In this document: positions 37,439-46,387 of the stretch, piece by piece | Numbering within the stretch: the stretch's first letter is position 1 | Layout of the letters: each line of letters begins with the position of its first letter | Source of the DNA: Candidatus Omnitrophota bacterium | GTDB lineage: Bacteria; Omnitrophota; Gorgyraeia; Gygaellales; Profunditerraquicolaceae | Direction of reading: 5' to 3' | Assembly: GCA_025453445.1 (NCBI GenBank) | Contig: JALOQJ010000003.1 | Coordinates: 23,369 to 87,368 of the forward strand | DNA: 64,000 nt | Notes under the pieces: model-generated | Database searches by the model: none | Told to the model about the DNA's origin: nothing | The model's input: the letters and a program-made list of their open reading frames with translations, nothing else | Program-made: the position numbers and the translations under genes

Positions 37439-38329
37439 ATGATTCCTCAAAGGACTGTTAGTAAAAAACTTGGTGATTTATTGATTGAGCGCCGGCTGGT
37501 TACGCTGGAGCAGCTTAAGCTTGCCTTGGGAGAGCAGCGTAAAAAGGGCGGATATTTGAGCCAGCACTTAATTGCCATGGGCTTTACTGCGGAGAAAGAT
37601 ATTGCCGTTTGTTTATCCAACCAGTATAATTTCGCCTACATTCCTTTAAGAAATTATTCTATTGCTCCTGAAGTGCTGGATAATATCCCGTTGAAATGGA
37701 TTAAAATTTATACCCTTATTCCTCTGGATAAAGTACGCAATGTTTTATCTGTAGCCATGGCTGATCCGCTCAACGAAGGCGTGATTCAGATGTTGGAGCA
37801 AATTACTAATTGCGAAATACAGATTTTTATTTCTACTTACAGCGAGCTTAATGAGGCGATTATCCGCTATTTTGGAGAAAAACTGCAGGATTTAAAAGAA
37901 GCGTATTTGGATGCCAAAGATTTAGGTAAAATTTTGACGGCGAACCAGTTTATTCATACGAAAAAATACGAGGGCCAGGAACGCAGGATATATGTCAGGG
38001 TAAATAAAGAGGTCGAGATTTCTTATTACTATCACGGGAAAACTTTTCAGGCCAAAACAAAAGATATAAGTTACGGTGGGATAGCTTTTTTCTCAGATAT
38101 CTTTATTCCCATAGATACGGAGCTGGCTTTTAAAATTTATTTAAAGGAGAAACAGCCGCCGATTGATGTGGTGATTAATATCCTAAGAGTACAGGAAAAG
38201 GGCGGTCCTGAAACTAGTGGCACAGAAGGGCCTAAGTCAGGCGGTTATGAAATAGCCGGTATTTTTGAATTCATTACTTACGAAGACAGGGATAGTTTAG
38301 TTTCTTTCTTAAAGGAGAACATAAAATAA
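37439..38329 (+). CDS. T2SS-E N-terminal (GspE_N)-like domain fused to PilZ c-di-GMP-binding domain
   Basis: N-terminus LGDLLIERRLVTLEQLKLALGEQ. C-terminal PilZ motifs QERRIYVR (RxxxR) and DISYGGIAF (DxSxGG). Confidence 0.65.
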   Translation: MIPQRTVSKKLGDLLIERRLVTLEQLKLALGEQRKKGGYLSQHLIAMGFTAEKDIAVCLSNQYNFAYIPLRNYSIAPEVLDNIPLKWIKIYTLIPLDKVRNVLSVAMADPLNEGVIQMLEQITNCEIQIFISTYSELNEAIIRYFGEKLQDLKEAYLDAKDLGKILTANQFIHTKKYEGQERRIYVRVNKEVEISYYYHGKTFQAKTKDISYGGIAFFSDIFIPIDTELAFKIYLKEKQPPIDVVINILRVQEKGGPETSGTEGPKSGGYEIAGIFEFITYEDRDSLVSFLKENIK

Positions 38330-38342
38330 TAGGGAGGTAATT

Positions 38343-39383
38343 ATGTTGAGATATCTGACTGCAGGGGAATCGCATGGCGCAGGGCTGGTGGCAATTTTAG
38401 AAGGTATTCCCGCAGGTTTGAAACTGGACGCCAATAAAATTAATTACGAATTAAAGCGCAGGCAGGCAGGATACGGCCGCGGCAAGCGCATGCAGATTGA
38501 AAAAGATAAAGTGGAAGTGCTTTCCGGAATAAAAAAAGGCTCAACTTTAGGCAGCCCGATTGCTTTACTAATTGAGAACAAAGATTTTAGTATTGAAAAA
38601 TTACCAGCAATATCCTGCCCGCGGCCAGGCCATGCAGATCTGTCAGGAGTTTTAAAATACGGTTTTAAGGATATCAGGAATGTATTGGAGCGTGCTTCTG
38701 CCCGTGAAACTGCTGCTCGCGTTGCTGTAGGCGCTGTTTGCAAAATGCTTCTTGATGAATTTAAAATTAAAATTTCCAGTAAAGTTTTATTAATCGGCGG
38801 CGAATGTTCACCGCAGGCAATGATGAAAAGAATTATTCAGGCACAGGCAAAGAAGGATACTGTAGGCGGGATTTTTGAAGTTGAGGCTGCAGGTGTTCCT
38901 GTGGGCTTAGGCAATTATACAAGTGCTGATAAGCGCCTGGATGCGCGCTTAAGCGCCAGTATTATGTCTATACCGGGGATTAAAGCAGTCGGGTTTGGTT
39001 TGGGATTTGGCTATGCGCATCGCTTTGGCTCAGCCTGCCACGATGCAATTTATTACGCTAAAAATAAAGGGTATTTCCGTAAAACCAATAATGCCGGCGG
39101 TATTGAAGGCGGTATTTCTAATGGCGAAGATATCATAATTCATGCTTGCATGAAACCGATTGCAACGCTGCTTAAGCCGCTCGATTCTGTTAATATCAAT
39201 AATAAAAAATCAGCCAAAGCTACGGTGGAGCGTTCTGACACCTGTGCCGTAGAATCTGCCGCAGTAATTGCCGAGGCAGGGGCTGCTTTTGTCTTAACAG
39301 ATGCCTTACTGGAAAAATTCGGCACTGATGCTTTGGATGATATTAAGCTAAGCTACAAAAATTATTTAAAAAAAATTAGTTAG
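38343..39383 (+). CDS. aroC: Chorismate synthase
   Basis: MLRYLTAGESHGAGLVAILEGIPAGL and GRSSARETAARVA-like motifs. Confidence 0.85.
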   Translation: MLRYLTAGESHGAGLVAILEGIPAGLKLDANKINYELKRRQAGYGRGKRMQIEKDKVEVLSGIKKGSTLGSPIALLIENKDFSIEKLPAISCPRPGHADLSGVLKYGFKDIRNVLERASARETAARVAVGAVCKMLLDEFKIKISSKVLLIGGECSPQAMMKRIIQAQAKKDTVGGIFEVEAAGVPVGLGNYTSADKRLDARLSASIMSIPGIKAVGFGLGFGYAHRFGSACHDAIYYAKNKGYFRKTNNAGGIEGGISNGEDIIIHACMKPIATLLKPLDSVNINNKKSAKATVERSDTCAVESAAVIAEAGAAFVLTDALLEKFGTDALDDIKLSYKNYLKKIS

Positions 39384-39429
39384 ATTTCTTCACCTCCTGC
39401 GTCTATTAAGTTAAAAGGAGGTGATGAAT

Positions 39430-39684
39430 ATGGAAAAGTCTTTAATAGAAGTCAGCCGGATTCATAAGCTTGAGGGCGACTCTAAAACAAAGGCCTTTGT
39501 AGATGTTTCGCTCGGTGGTATTGTGGTAAAAGGCTTAAAGGTGATTGACGGCAGCAATGGGTTGTTTGTTGGCATGCCGCGACATCAGGGTAAAGACGGG
39601 AAGTGGTATGATACCGTTTATCCTTCTACAAAGGAAATTAAAGAAGAATTGTCCAGCTTGGTATTAGCAGCGTATCAGGAGTAG
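39430..39684 (+). CDS. spoVG: SpoVG family protein
   Basis: IEVSRIHKLEGDSKTKAFVDVSLGGIVVKGLKVIDGSNGLFVGMP. RBS AAAGGAGG. ATG at 39430 preferred over the GTG at 39421. Confidence 0.8.
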   Translation: MEKSLIEVSRIHKLEGDSKTKAFVDVSLGGIVVKGLKVIDGSNGLFVGMPRHQGKDGKWYDTVYPSTKEIKEELSSLVLAAYQE

Positions 39685-39727
39685 GGTTGTGAGGATGCAA
39701 CAAAATCGTTAACAGTAGTTAGGAGCT

Positions 39728-39759
39728 GCCGTAGCGGAGGTTTAAACCTCCGCTACGGC
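39728..39759. repeat. 32-bp perfect palindrome centred on GTTTAAAC (same family as 18364)
   Basis: GCCGTAGCGGAGGTTTAAACCTCCGCTACGGC, 8 nt upstream of aroK. Confidence 0.7.
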
Positions 39760-39767
39760 ATTAGGTT

Positions 39768-40286
39768 ATGAACAATATTTATTTAGTCGGTTTTATGGGC
39801 ACAGGTAAGACTTCCGTCGGATATGAGCTTGCCAAAAAGATAAAGCAGCAGTTTATTGATCTTGATTCTTTGATTGAGCTGCGTGAGAAAAAGCTGATTG
39901 CAGATATTTTTGCCGAAAAAGGCGAGCCATATTTCCGTAAAGTTGAAAAGCAAGCTTTAAAAGAAGTTGCGAAAGAAAAAGGTTTTGTTGTTGCTACTGG
40001 CGGTGGGATTGTGATCAATCCGGAAAATATTAAAATTATGAAAGAAACAGGTATGTTGATTTGTTTGAGTGCGTCGCCCGAAGTAATTTTAAAAAGGGTG
40101 TCGGGATTAGACCTTCGGCCGCTTATGAATGTTAAAGATCCCAAAAAACAAATTGAACTGCTGTTAAAACTACGCGCGCCATATTATGCCTTGGCAGGTA
40201 AAACAATTGATACATCTAAGTTATCGGTAGGCCGAGTTGTACAAAATATCATCAAAGTCATCAGTAAGAGAGGTTCAAAAAGATGA
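39768..40286 (+). CDS. aroK: Shikimate kinase
   Basis: [16 protein letters not shown]-loop and SK fold. Confidence 0.85.
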   Translation: MNNIYLVGFMGTGKTSVGYELAKKIKQQFIDLDSLIELREKKLIADIFAEKGEPYFRKVEKQALKEVAKEKGFVVATGGGIVINPENIKIMKETGMLICLSASPEVILKRVSGLDLRPLMNVKDPKKQIELLLKLRAPYYALAGKTIDTSKLSVGRVVQNIIKVISKRGSKR

Positions 40287-40609
40287 AGAAATGCCCTTAT
40301 TGCGCAGAAGAAATACAGGACGAGGCGATAAAGTGCAGATATTGTGGGGAGATGTTGGAAAATAAGGTGCCTAAACCTAAGTGGTACCTCAAGACCTCCT
40401 CGCTAGTTATCGCTTTTTTATGTGTCGGCCCTCTGGCTTTGCCATTAATCTGGATAAATCCTCGTTTCAGCAAGAATAGTAAAATAATCATTACAATTGT
40501 GGTTATTATCCTAACCTATTACTTAGGTTCTTGGGTGTTAAGTTCTCTAAAGTCAATAAAAGAATATTACGGCCCGATCTTTGAAAATAATGCAGTTACC
40601 CTATATTAG
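40283..40609 (+). CDS. Zinc-ribbon membrane protein (hypothetical)
   Basis: CPYCAEE...CRYCGE zinc ribbon followed by two TM helices. Confidence 0.55.
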   Translation: MKKCPYCAEEIQDEAIKCRYCGEMLENKVPKPKWYLKTSSLVIAFLCVGPLALPLIWINPRFSKNSKIIITIVVIILTYYLGSWVLSSLKSIKEYYGPIFENNAVTLY

Positions 40610-40644
40610 CTTCAAATATAATGACTAAGCTTGAGTCTATAATT

Positions 40645-40862
40645 GTTTCGCGTGTGTCTTGTCTGTATTTTTGCGGGAACGTTTGCCCCGCCCCAGCGTG
40701 GCGGGGCTGCACTTCGTTCCAGCCCCTCGCTCTCCCGCAGCCGGGCGGTGGATAAAATCGTTTTTTTATTAAGGAGCCGGCTGCGGGAACCGTGCCCGCT
40801 CGGGGCTTCCAAGATCCCGCAAAAACACATCCAAGCCACCCGCTGGACACAGGACAGTGCAA
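40645..40862 (+). mobile_element. MITE-like GC-rich repeat, copy B
   Basis: Left TIR GTTTCGCGTGTGTCTTGTCTG and degenerate right TIR GGACACAGGACAG. ~200 nt alignable with the reverse complement of 42150-42366. The listed ORF 40643..41236 N-terminus and the 40596/40612 - strand ORFs are translations of this repeat. Confidence 0.55.
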
Positions 40863-40906
40863 GGGAGCATGGGGGGGGTTATAGAGTTTTAGGAAAGGGA
40901 GGTAAC

Positions 40907-41236
40907 ATGAGAATATTTTTGTTATTAGTACTATGTTTGGGATTATGCGGGTGTGTAACTACATCATCGAGAATCAACAATATTTCTTTAGGAATGACCA
41001 AGGCAAATGTCCTCAGGTCTATGGGAACACCGACAAGCACATCTGCTAAAGGAACGACGGAATATTTGACTTATAAATTAATAGTAGCTTATGACCGTGT
41101 TGACCCAATTTATAATGACTACTTTGTTAAACTTATTGATGGAAAAGTCGAATCATACGGTAAGGTCGGGGATTTTGATTCTGTCAAGAATCCCACTAAC
41201 GATATAAATCTAAATGTTAAAAGTGTAATTAAATAG
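40907..41236 (+). CDS. BamE/SmpA_OmlA-like small lipoprotein
   Basis: RBS AAAGGGAGG. Lipobox LCGC. LGMTKANVLRSMGTPTSTS matches the SmpA/OmlA core. Confidence 0.6.
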   Translation: MRIFLLLVLCLGLCGCVTTSSRINNISLGMTKANVLRSMGTPTSTSAKGTTEYLTYKLIVAYDRVDPIYNDYFVKLIDGKVESYGKVGDFDSVKNPTNDINLNVKSVIK

Positions 41237-41285
41237 AAATAATGCGGTGTCCGAAGGAGCTTCAAAAATATATAGGACTTATCCA

Positions 41286-41317
41286 GAGAGTAGGTGACGT
41301 TTAAACGTCACCTACTC
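41286..41317. repeat. 32-bp perfect palindrome centred on GTTTAAAC (third family member)
   Basis: AGAGTAGGTGACGTTTAAACGTCACCTACTCT. Confidence 0.6.
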
Positions 41318-41432
41318 TTACCCTATGGATAATTCGGGGTTTTTAAAGTCGCGCCCCCTGTCTGATAGTAGGTGGAGAATCGCGTTTTGCCAACTGTCCA
41401 GAGAGGACAACGTAACAAAGTAAAGGTTGATA

Positions 41433-42137
41433 ATGGACGAAAATAAAATTGATGCAGCAGATTATTTACAAAGGTTTAGCGCAAAGGTTCTATGGCATTT
41501 TACAGGCTATAATAAGTCGTCGAAAGACTCTTTTGCCCGCTTAGTTTCGATAGCAAAAGAAGGATTATTAAAAATTTCCGATAGATCTTTTCCAATAAAA
41601 ATGCCCAATGGCGAAAAAAGAATTGGATTTCCTTCTTCTTGTGTTTGTGATATTCCTTTTAAAGACTTAAGATTGCATATTTTAAGATATGGAGGATTCG
41701 GAATCGCGTTTAATAAAGAAAAGGCAATTCTTACTGGGCACTTCAATCCTGTTTTATATATAAATAAGAATCATATTTTTTTTAAGCATGCAGAAAAAAT
41801 TTTACCAGAGTTAGAACGATTAGAGTCTTCGTGTGGAAATTCAAAACAAGTTTTACAAGAATATTTAAAGATGATGGGAACATATGTAAAACGTTGCGAT
41901 TTAACAAGTATAATACATCTTGATCCAAAGATTGATGAAGAGCAAAACAATAACTTTTATTATGAAAGAGAATGGCGTTCAGCTTATGATTGGAATTTTA
42001 TTAGAGGTGACGTAGTGACAGTAATGATGCCGCAAGATTATATTGGTTTATTTCAGGAAGAGCTCAAAGGAAGCAAAGGGGAAGGGGTATTTAAAAATCT
42101 TTCAATTATTTCGACAGAAATGGTAGAAATATTATAA
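41433..42137 (+). CDS. Hypothetical protein (234 aa); possible divergent ADP-ribosyltransferase-fold (DarT/DUF4433-like?) protein
   Basis: RBS AAAGG 6 nt before the ATG. Motifs LWHFTG...LVSIAKEGLL, YYEREWR and C-terminal STEMVEIL. Visibly more AT-rich than the flanks. The family call is recollection-level only. Confidence 0.5.
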   Translation: MDENKIDAADYLQRFSAKVLWHFTGYNKSSKDSFARLVSIAKEGLLKISDRSFPIKMPNGEKRIGFPSSCVCDIPFKDLRLHILRYGGFGIAFNKEKAILTGHFNPVLYINKNHIFFKHAEKILPELERLESSCGNSKQVLQEYLKMMGTYVKRCDLTSIIHLDPKIDEEQNNNFYYEREWRSAYDWNFIRGDVVTVMMPQDYIGLFQEELKGSKGEGVFKNLSIISTEMVEIL

Positions 42138-42149
42138 TGAAATAAGTAA

Positions 42150-42366
42150 CGGAGGGGGAGATTTTTAGCGTGGGGATTGGCTGGGATTTCGAGGGACGTG
42201 GAGGCAAGGAGCGGGCATGGTTCCCACATCCGGCTCATTAATTGAAAAAAGATTTTATCCACGGCCCGGATGCGGGAGAGCGACGCAGCCGACCCGAGCG
42301 AAGTTTTGCCTCGCAGGGGCAAAACGAGCGCTCCCGAGAAACCCAGATAAGACACACGCGAGACAA
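42150..42366 (-). mobile_element. MITE-like GC-rich repeat, copy C (inverted relative to copy B)
   Basis: The reverse complement starts GTCTCGCGTGTGTCTTATCTG (the TIR) and aligns with copy B through CTCGCTCTCCCGCA..CCGGG..GTGGATAAAATC. The listed ORF 42053..42355(-) is a translation of it. Confidence 0.55.
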
Positions 42367-42379
42367 TATATAAAATAAA

Positions 42380-43474
42380 ATGACAAAACTCGAAGCATTA
42401 ATTAGTTTAAACATGGTAGGCGAAATCGGCAGTATTCGCCTTGGAAGGCTGTTGGATTATTTTGGCAAGTTTGAGAATGTCTTCCGGGCGAGTGCGGAGA
42501 AATTAATTACTATTGCCGGAATCAGCGAGAATGTTGCTAATAGAATTCATACATTCAAACCTGAAGATTTAACCAGAGAATTAGAGTCAGCGCAGAAACT
42601 AGGCTTAAAGATTATTATTTTAGGCGACGCGGATTATCCGGAAATTCTAAAGAATATTCCTAGTCCTCCGATTGTGCTCTATGTCAAAGGCAAATTGGAA
42701 AAAGAAGATAATCTTGCCATTGGTATTGTCGGCAGCCGCCGCGCTTCATATTACGGCCTGTCTTCAGCAGAAAAATTTGCTGCAGAATTGGCAGGTTGCG
42801 GTTTAACTATTGTTTCCGGTATGGCGCGCGGCATTGATACAGCTGCTCACCGGGGAGCTTTAAAGATGAAAGGCCGCACGCTTGCTGTAATCGGCAGTGG
42901 GTTTAAGCACATTTATCCGGAAGAAAATATTGCATTAGCAGAAGAAATCACTGCTAATGGCGCAGTAATTTCTGAATTCAGCATTAATACACAGCCTTTT
43001 AAAGAAAATTTTCCCCGCAGGAACCGGTTAATTAGCGGTCTAAGTTTGGGGACTCTGGTAGTAGAGGCAGCCAGAAACAGCGGAGCGTTAATTACCGCGG
43101 ATTTTGCCCTTGAGCAGGGCAAAGAAGTATTTTGCCTTCCCGGCAGGATTGATTCTCCCGGTTCATTCGGGACAAACGAGTTGATTAAACAAGGAGCAAA
43201 ATTAGTTTCTACAAAAGACGATATTTTGGAAGAGCTGCAGGTTCCCTTAAGGATAGGTATTAAAGAAACTAAAATCAAAAACCGCCTACAAAATCATTCA
43301 GCAGGCAGTGAATCTGCTTTGTATGATTTAATTCCAACTAAGCCTGTTTTCTTAGATGAGCTTTTAGAAAAAACAGGCTTGCAAATTCCTCAGGCATATG
43401 AGATACTCTTGAGGCTGAAGATGCAAAAATTAATAAAACAGCTACCCGGAAAACAATTTATGAGGAGTAATTAA
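42380..43474 (+). CDS. dprA: DNA processing protein A (DprA/Smf)
   Basis: SAM-like N-terminus, Rossmann DprA core (GIVGSRR..., GMARGIDTAAHRGAL), C-terminal winged helix. Confidence 0.85.
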   Translation: MTKLEALISLNMVGEIGSIRLGRLLDYFGKFENVFRASAEKLITIAGISENVANRIHTFKPEDLTRELESAQKLGLKIIILGDADYPEILKNIPSPPIVLYVKGKLEKEDNLAIGIVGSRRASYYGLSSAEKFAAELAGCGLTIVSGMARGIDTAAHRGALKMKGRTLAVIGSGFKHIYPEENIALAEEITANGAVISEFSINTQPFKENFPRRNRLISGLSLGTLVVEAARNSGALITADFALEQGKEVFCLPGRIDSPGSFGTNELIKQGAKLVSTKDDILEELQVPLRIGIKETKIKNRLQNHSAGSESALYDLIPTKPVFLDELLEKTGLQIPQAYEILLRLKMQKLIKQLPGKQFMRSN

Positions 43475-45471
43475 TGGAAGCTAAAAATTTGGTGATTGTA
43501 GAATCGCCGACAAAAGCAAAAACCATCGGTAAAATATTAGGAAGCAACTTTACGGTTATTTCTTCGATGGGCCATTTGATTGACCTGCCGCAAAAAAGCT
43601 TAGGCGTGGATATCGAGAAAGATTTTAACCCCGAATATGTTGTAATCCCCGCTAGAAGAAAAACCCTGGCGGATTTAAAAAAAGAAGCCAAGAAGAACGA
43701 TTTTATTTATATCGCCACTGACCCTGACCGTGAAGGCGAGGCGATTGGTTTTAATATCAGGGATAATCTTCCCAAAGGGAAAAAAGTTTTACGCGTTTTA
43801 TTCCATGAAATTACCTCCAGCGCTATCAAAGAAGCATTCCAGCATGCGCGCGATTTTGACCTTAATATGGTTGAGGCGCAGGTAGGCAGGCGTATTTTAG
43901 ACAGGATTGTAGGTTATTTTTTAAGCCCTTTATTATGGAAAAAAATCGCCCGGGGCTTAAGCGCAGGCAGGGTACAGTCTGTAGCTTTAAGGTTGGTTGT
44001 GGACAGGGAAAAAGAAATTAAGAAATTTATCCCTCAGGAATATTGGGAAATTGAAGCAGAGTTTAAAAAAGATGCGGTTAAATTTTTAGCTAAGCTAGAA
44101 AAAATAGAAGGCAAGAAAATAGAGATAAAGAATAAGGAAGAAGCAGAAAAAATTACCGGCATTGTAAGAATTAAAAAATTTCTGGTTACCGGCGTTGAGG
44201 AAAAAGAAAAGAATCGTTATCCCAGCCCGCCTTTTATTACCAGTACCCTGCAGCAGGATGCCTTCAATAAACTTAAGTTCAATGCCAGTAAGACGATGAT
44301 TATCGCTCAGCAGCTCTATGAAGGCCTTAATATAGGCCAGGATGAAACTGTTGGTTTGATTACTTATATGCGTACGGATTCCCCGCGTGTGTCAGCTGAA
44401 GCCATTAAAGAAGTTAGGGTTGCGATCAGCAAAAAATTTGGACAGGATTATTTACCTGCTGAACCAAATTACTATAAGGTAAAAAAGCACGCTCAGGAAG
44501 CTCATGAAGCAATCAGACCGAGTTTAATTTCCCGCGATCCACAAAGCATGAAAGATTTTCTTACCCCTGAACAGTTTGAATTGTATGAATTGATTTATAA
44601 CCGTTTTCTCGCCAGCCAGATGATGCCTGCGCGCTACCTGACGACCAGTATTGATATTTCAGCAGATGAGTATTTATTTACTGCCTCCGGATCAAAACTG
44701 GCTTTTGCCGGATTTTTAGCAGCTTATAATCACGAAGAGAAAGAAGAAAAAACAATTATTCCGTACCTGGCAAAAGATGAAGAGTTAATTTTGTCGAAAT
44801 TGACTCCTTCACAGCATTTTACCAAGCCTCCGGCAAGGTATTCCGATAGTTCTCTGGTAAAAGATTTGGAAGAAGATGGCGTAGGCCGGCCTTCAACTTA
44901 TGCGCCGATTATCTATACGCTGATTTTGCGCGATTATATGCGCCGGATCAGGGGATATTTTCATCCCACTGAACTGGGGATTAAAGTTTGTGATATGCTT
45001 GTTGGATATTTCCCGAAAATTATGGATATCCAGTTTACAGCGCAAATGGAAGAAGAGCTGGATGAAATCGAAGAAGGAAAATTCAACCGGCTAAAGGTAC
45101 TGCAGGAGTTTTATAAGCCTTTTAAAGAAAGCCTTGATTATGCGCAGGACAATATTAAAAAGGAAGTGATAAAGACCGACCAAGTTTGCGAAAAGTGCGG
45201 CAAGCCAATGATTATCAAATGGGGCAGAAAAGGGAAATTTTTAAGCTGCTCTGCCTATCCTGTTTGTACTCATTCCAAATCAATTACCACGGGCGTCAAA
45301 TGCCCTCAGGAGAACTGCGGCGGAGAGCTGATTGAGCGGCACTCGCGCAGAGGATTTTTCTATGGCTGTTCCAATTATCCCCGCTGCACTTTTATTGCCA
45401 AACACCTGCCACAGGAAGACGAATCAAAAGACGAACAGAAAGAAGAATTAAAAGAAGAGCCGAAAGAATAA
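43474..45471 (+). CDS. topA: DNA topoisomerase I
   Basis: Toprim NLVIVESPTKAKTI, active-site Tyr region, C-terminal Cys4 zinc ribbons. Overlaps the dprA stop (TAATG). Confidence 0.9.
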   Translation: MEAKNLVIVESPTKAKTIGKILGSNFTVISSMGHLIDLPQKSLGVDIEKDFNPEYVVIPARRKTLADLKKEAKKNDFIYIATDPDREGEAIGFNIRDNLPKGKKVLRVLFHEITSSAIKEAFQHARDFDLNMVEAQVGRRILDRIVGYFLSPLLWKKIARGLSAGRVQSVALRLVVDREKEIKKFIPQEYWEIEAEFKKDAVKFLAKLEKIEGKKIEIKNKEEAEKITGIVRIKKFLVTGVEEKEKNRYPSPPFITSTLQQDAFNKLKFNASKTMIIAQQLYEGLNIGQDETVGLITYMRTDSPRVSAEAIKEVRVAISKKFGQDYLPAEPNYYKVKKHAQEAHEAIRPSLISRDPQSMKDFLTPEQFELYELIYNRFLASQMMPARYLTTSIDISADEYLFTASGSKLAFAGFLAAYNHEEKEEKTIIPYLAKDEELILSKLTPSQHFTKPPARYSDSSLVKDLEEDGVGRPSTYAPIIYTLILRDYMRRIRGYFHPTELGIKVCDMLVGYFPKIMDIQFTAQMEEELDEIEEGKFNRLKVLQEFYKPFKESLDYAQDNIKKEVIKTDQVCEKCGKPMIIKWGRKGKFLSCSAYPVCTHSKSITTGVKCPQENCGGELIERHSRRGFFYGCSNYPRCTFIAKHLPQEDESKDEQKEELKEEPKE

Positions 45472-45477
45472 TTTATA

Positions 45478-46347
45478 ATGGAAAGATATATTGAAAAATT
45501 CCGGCGCTACCTGGAAATCGAAAAAAATTATTCTCCGCATACGCTGTTAAATTATACTCTTGACCTGGAGGATTTTCAGGCATTCTTCAGCGCTCAGCCG
45601 ATAGAGGGCGCGGATTATCTGGTTTTCAGGAAGTATCTGGCTACTCTGAAAGAAAAAAATATGCAGAGCCGCACCATTGCCCGCCGGCTCTCGAGTTTAA
45701 GGTCGTTTTTTAAATTTTTAACCCGTGAAGGCTATATTAAAGCCAATCCTATGCTTAGTCTCTCAAGCCCGAAACTTGATAAGCATCTGCCGCAATTTTT
45801 GACTGAAGAGGAAGTGATGAAAGTAATCAACGCGGTTATCCCTAAGAGTGGGCATGATAACTTAAGTTTTCGTAACCGCGCGATATTGGAAACATTTTAC
45901 AGCACGGGTGTGAGGATTTCAGAATTGGTAGGTTTAAATATTGACGATATAGATTTTATCAGTTGTGTTGCCAAAGTCAGGGGTAAGGGTAAGAAGGAAC
46001 GTATGGTGCCGATTGGAGACCATGCCATAAAAGCAATCCAGGAGTATTTGTTGATCAGGGATAATCCAGAGAATGCTCTTTTTCTAAACAGATCTGGCAG
46101 GCGTATTACTGACCGCGGGGTGCGTGATGCCGTGGGTAAATACCTGCATCTGGCAAGTATCCGGCAGGGGGTTTCTCCGCATAGCTTAAGGCATTCGTTT
46201 GCAACGCACCTTTTAAACCGCGGGGCGGATTTAAGAAGCGTGCAGGAGCTATTGGGGCATGCTAATCTTTCTACCACACAGATTTATACGCATTTAACGA
46301 CGGACAGGTTGAAAAAAGTTTATGATAAGGCACATCCGAGGGCGTAA
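45478..46347 (+). CDS. Tyrosine recombinase XerC/XerD family
   Basis: Catalytic R...HxxR...Y: RHSFATHLL and LGHANLSTTQIYTHL. Confidence 0.85.
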   Translation: MERYIEKFRRYLEIEKNYSPHTLLNYTLDLEDFQAFFSAQPIEGADYLVFRKYLATLKEKNMQSRTIARRLSSLRSFFKFLTREGYIKANPMLSLSSPKLDKHLPQFLTEEEVMKVINAVIPKSGHDNLSFRNRAILETFYSTGVRISELVGLNIDDIDFISCVAKVRGKGKKERMVPIGDHAIKAIQEYLLIRDNPENALFLNRSGRRITDRGVRDAVGKYLHLASIRQGVSPHSLRHSFATHLLNRGADLRSVQELLGHANLSTTQIYTHLTTDRLKKVYDKAHPRA

Positions 46348-46352
46348 AGAGC

Positions 46353-46380
46353 AGTAGTTAGTAGTGAGTAGCGAGGGGTG
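46353..46380. repeat. Short heptamer tandem repeat AGTAG(T/C)N x3-4
   Basis: agtagtt agtagtg agtagcg aggggtg, between the xer gene and waaA. Confidence 0.4.
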
Positions 46381-46387
46381 AGGAGAA

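Noticed and set aside
40643-40906. N-terminal 88 aa of listed ORF 40643..41236, the - strand ORFs 40596..40862 and 40612..40839, and ORF 42053..42355(-)
   Set aside because: All are translations of the GC-rich repeat copies B and C (SRSRAVDKI... appears in both). The real gene starts at the ATG at 40907, which has its own SD.
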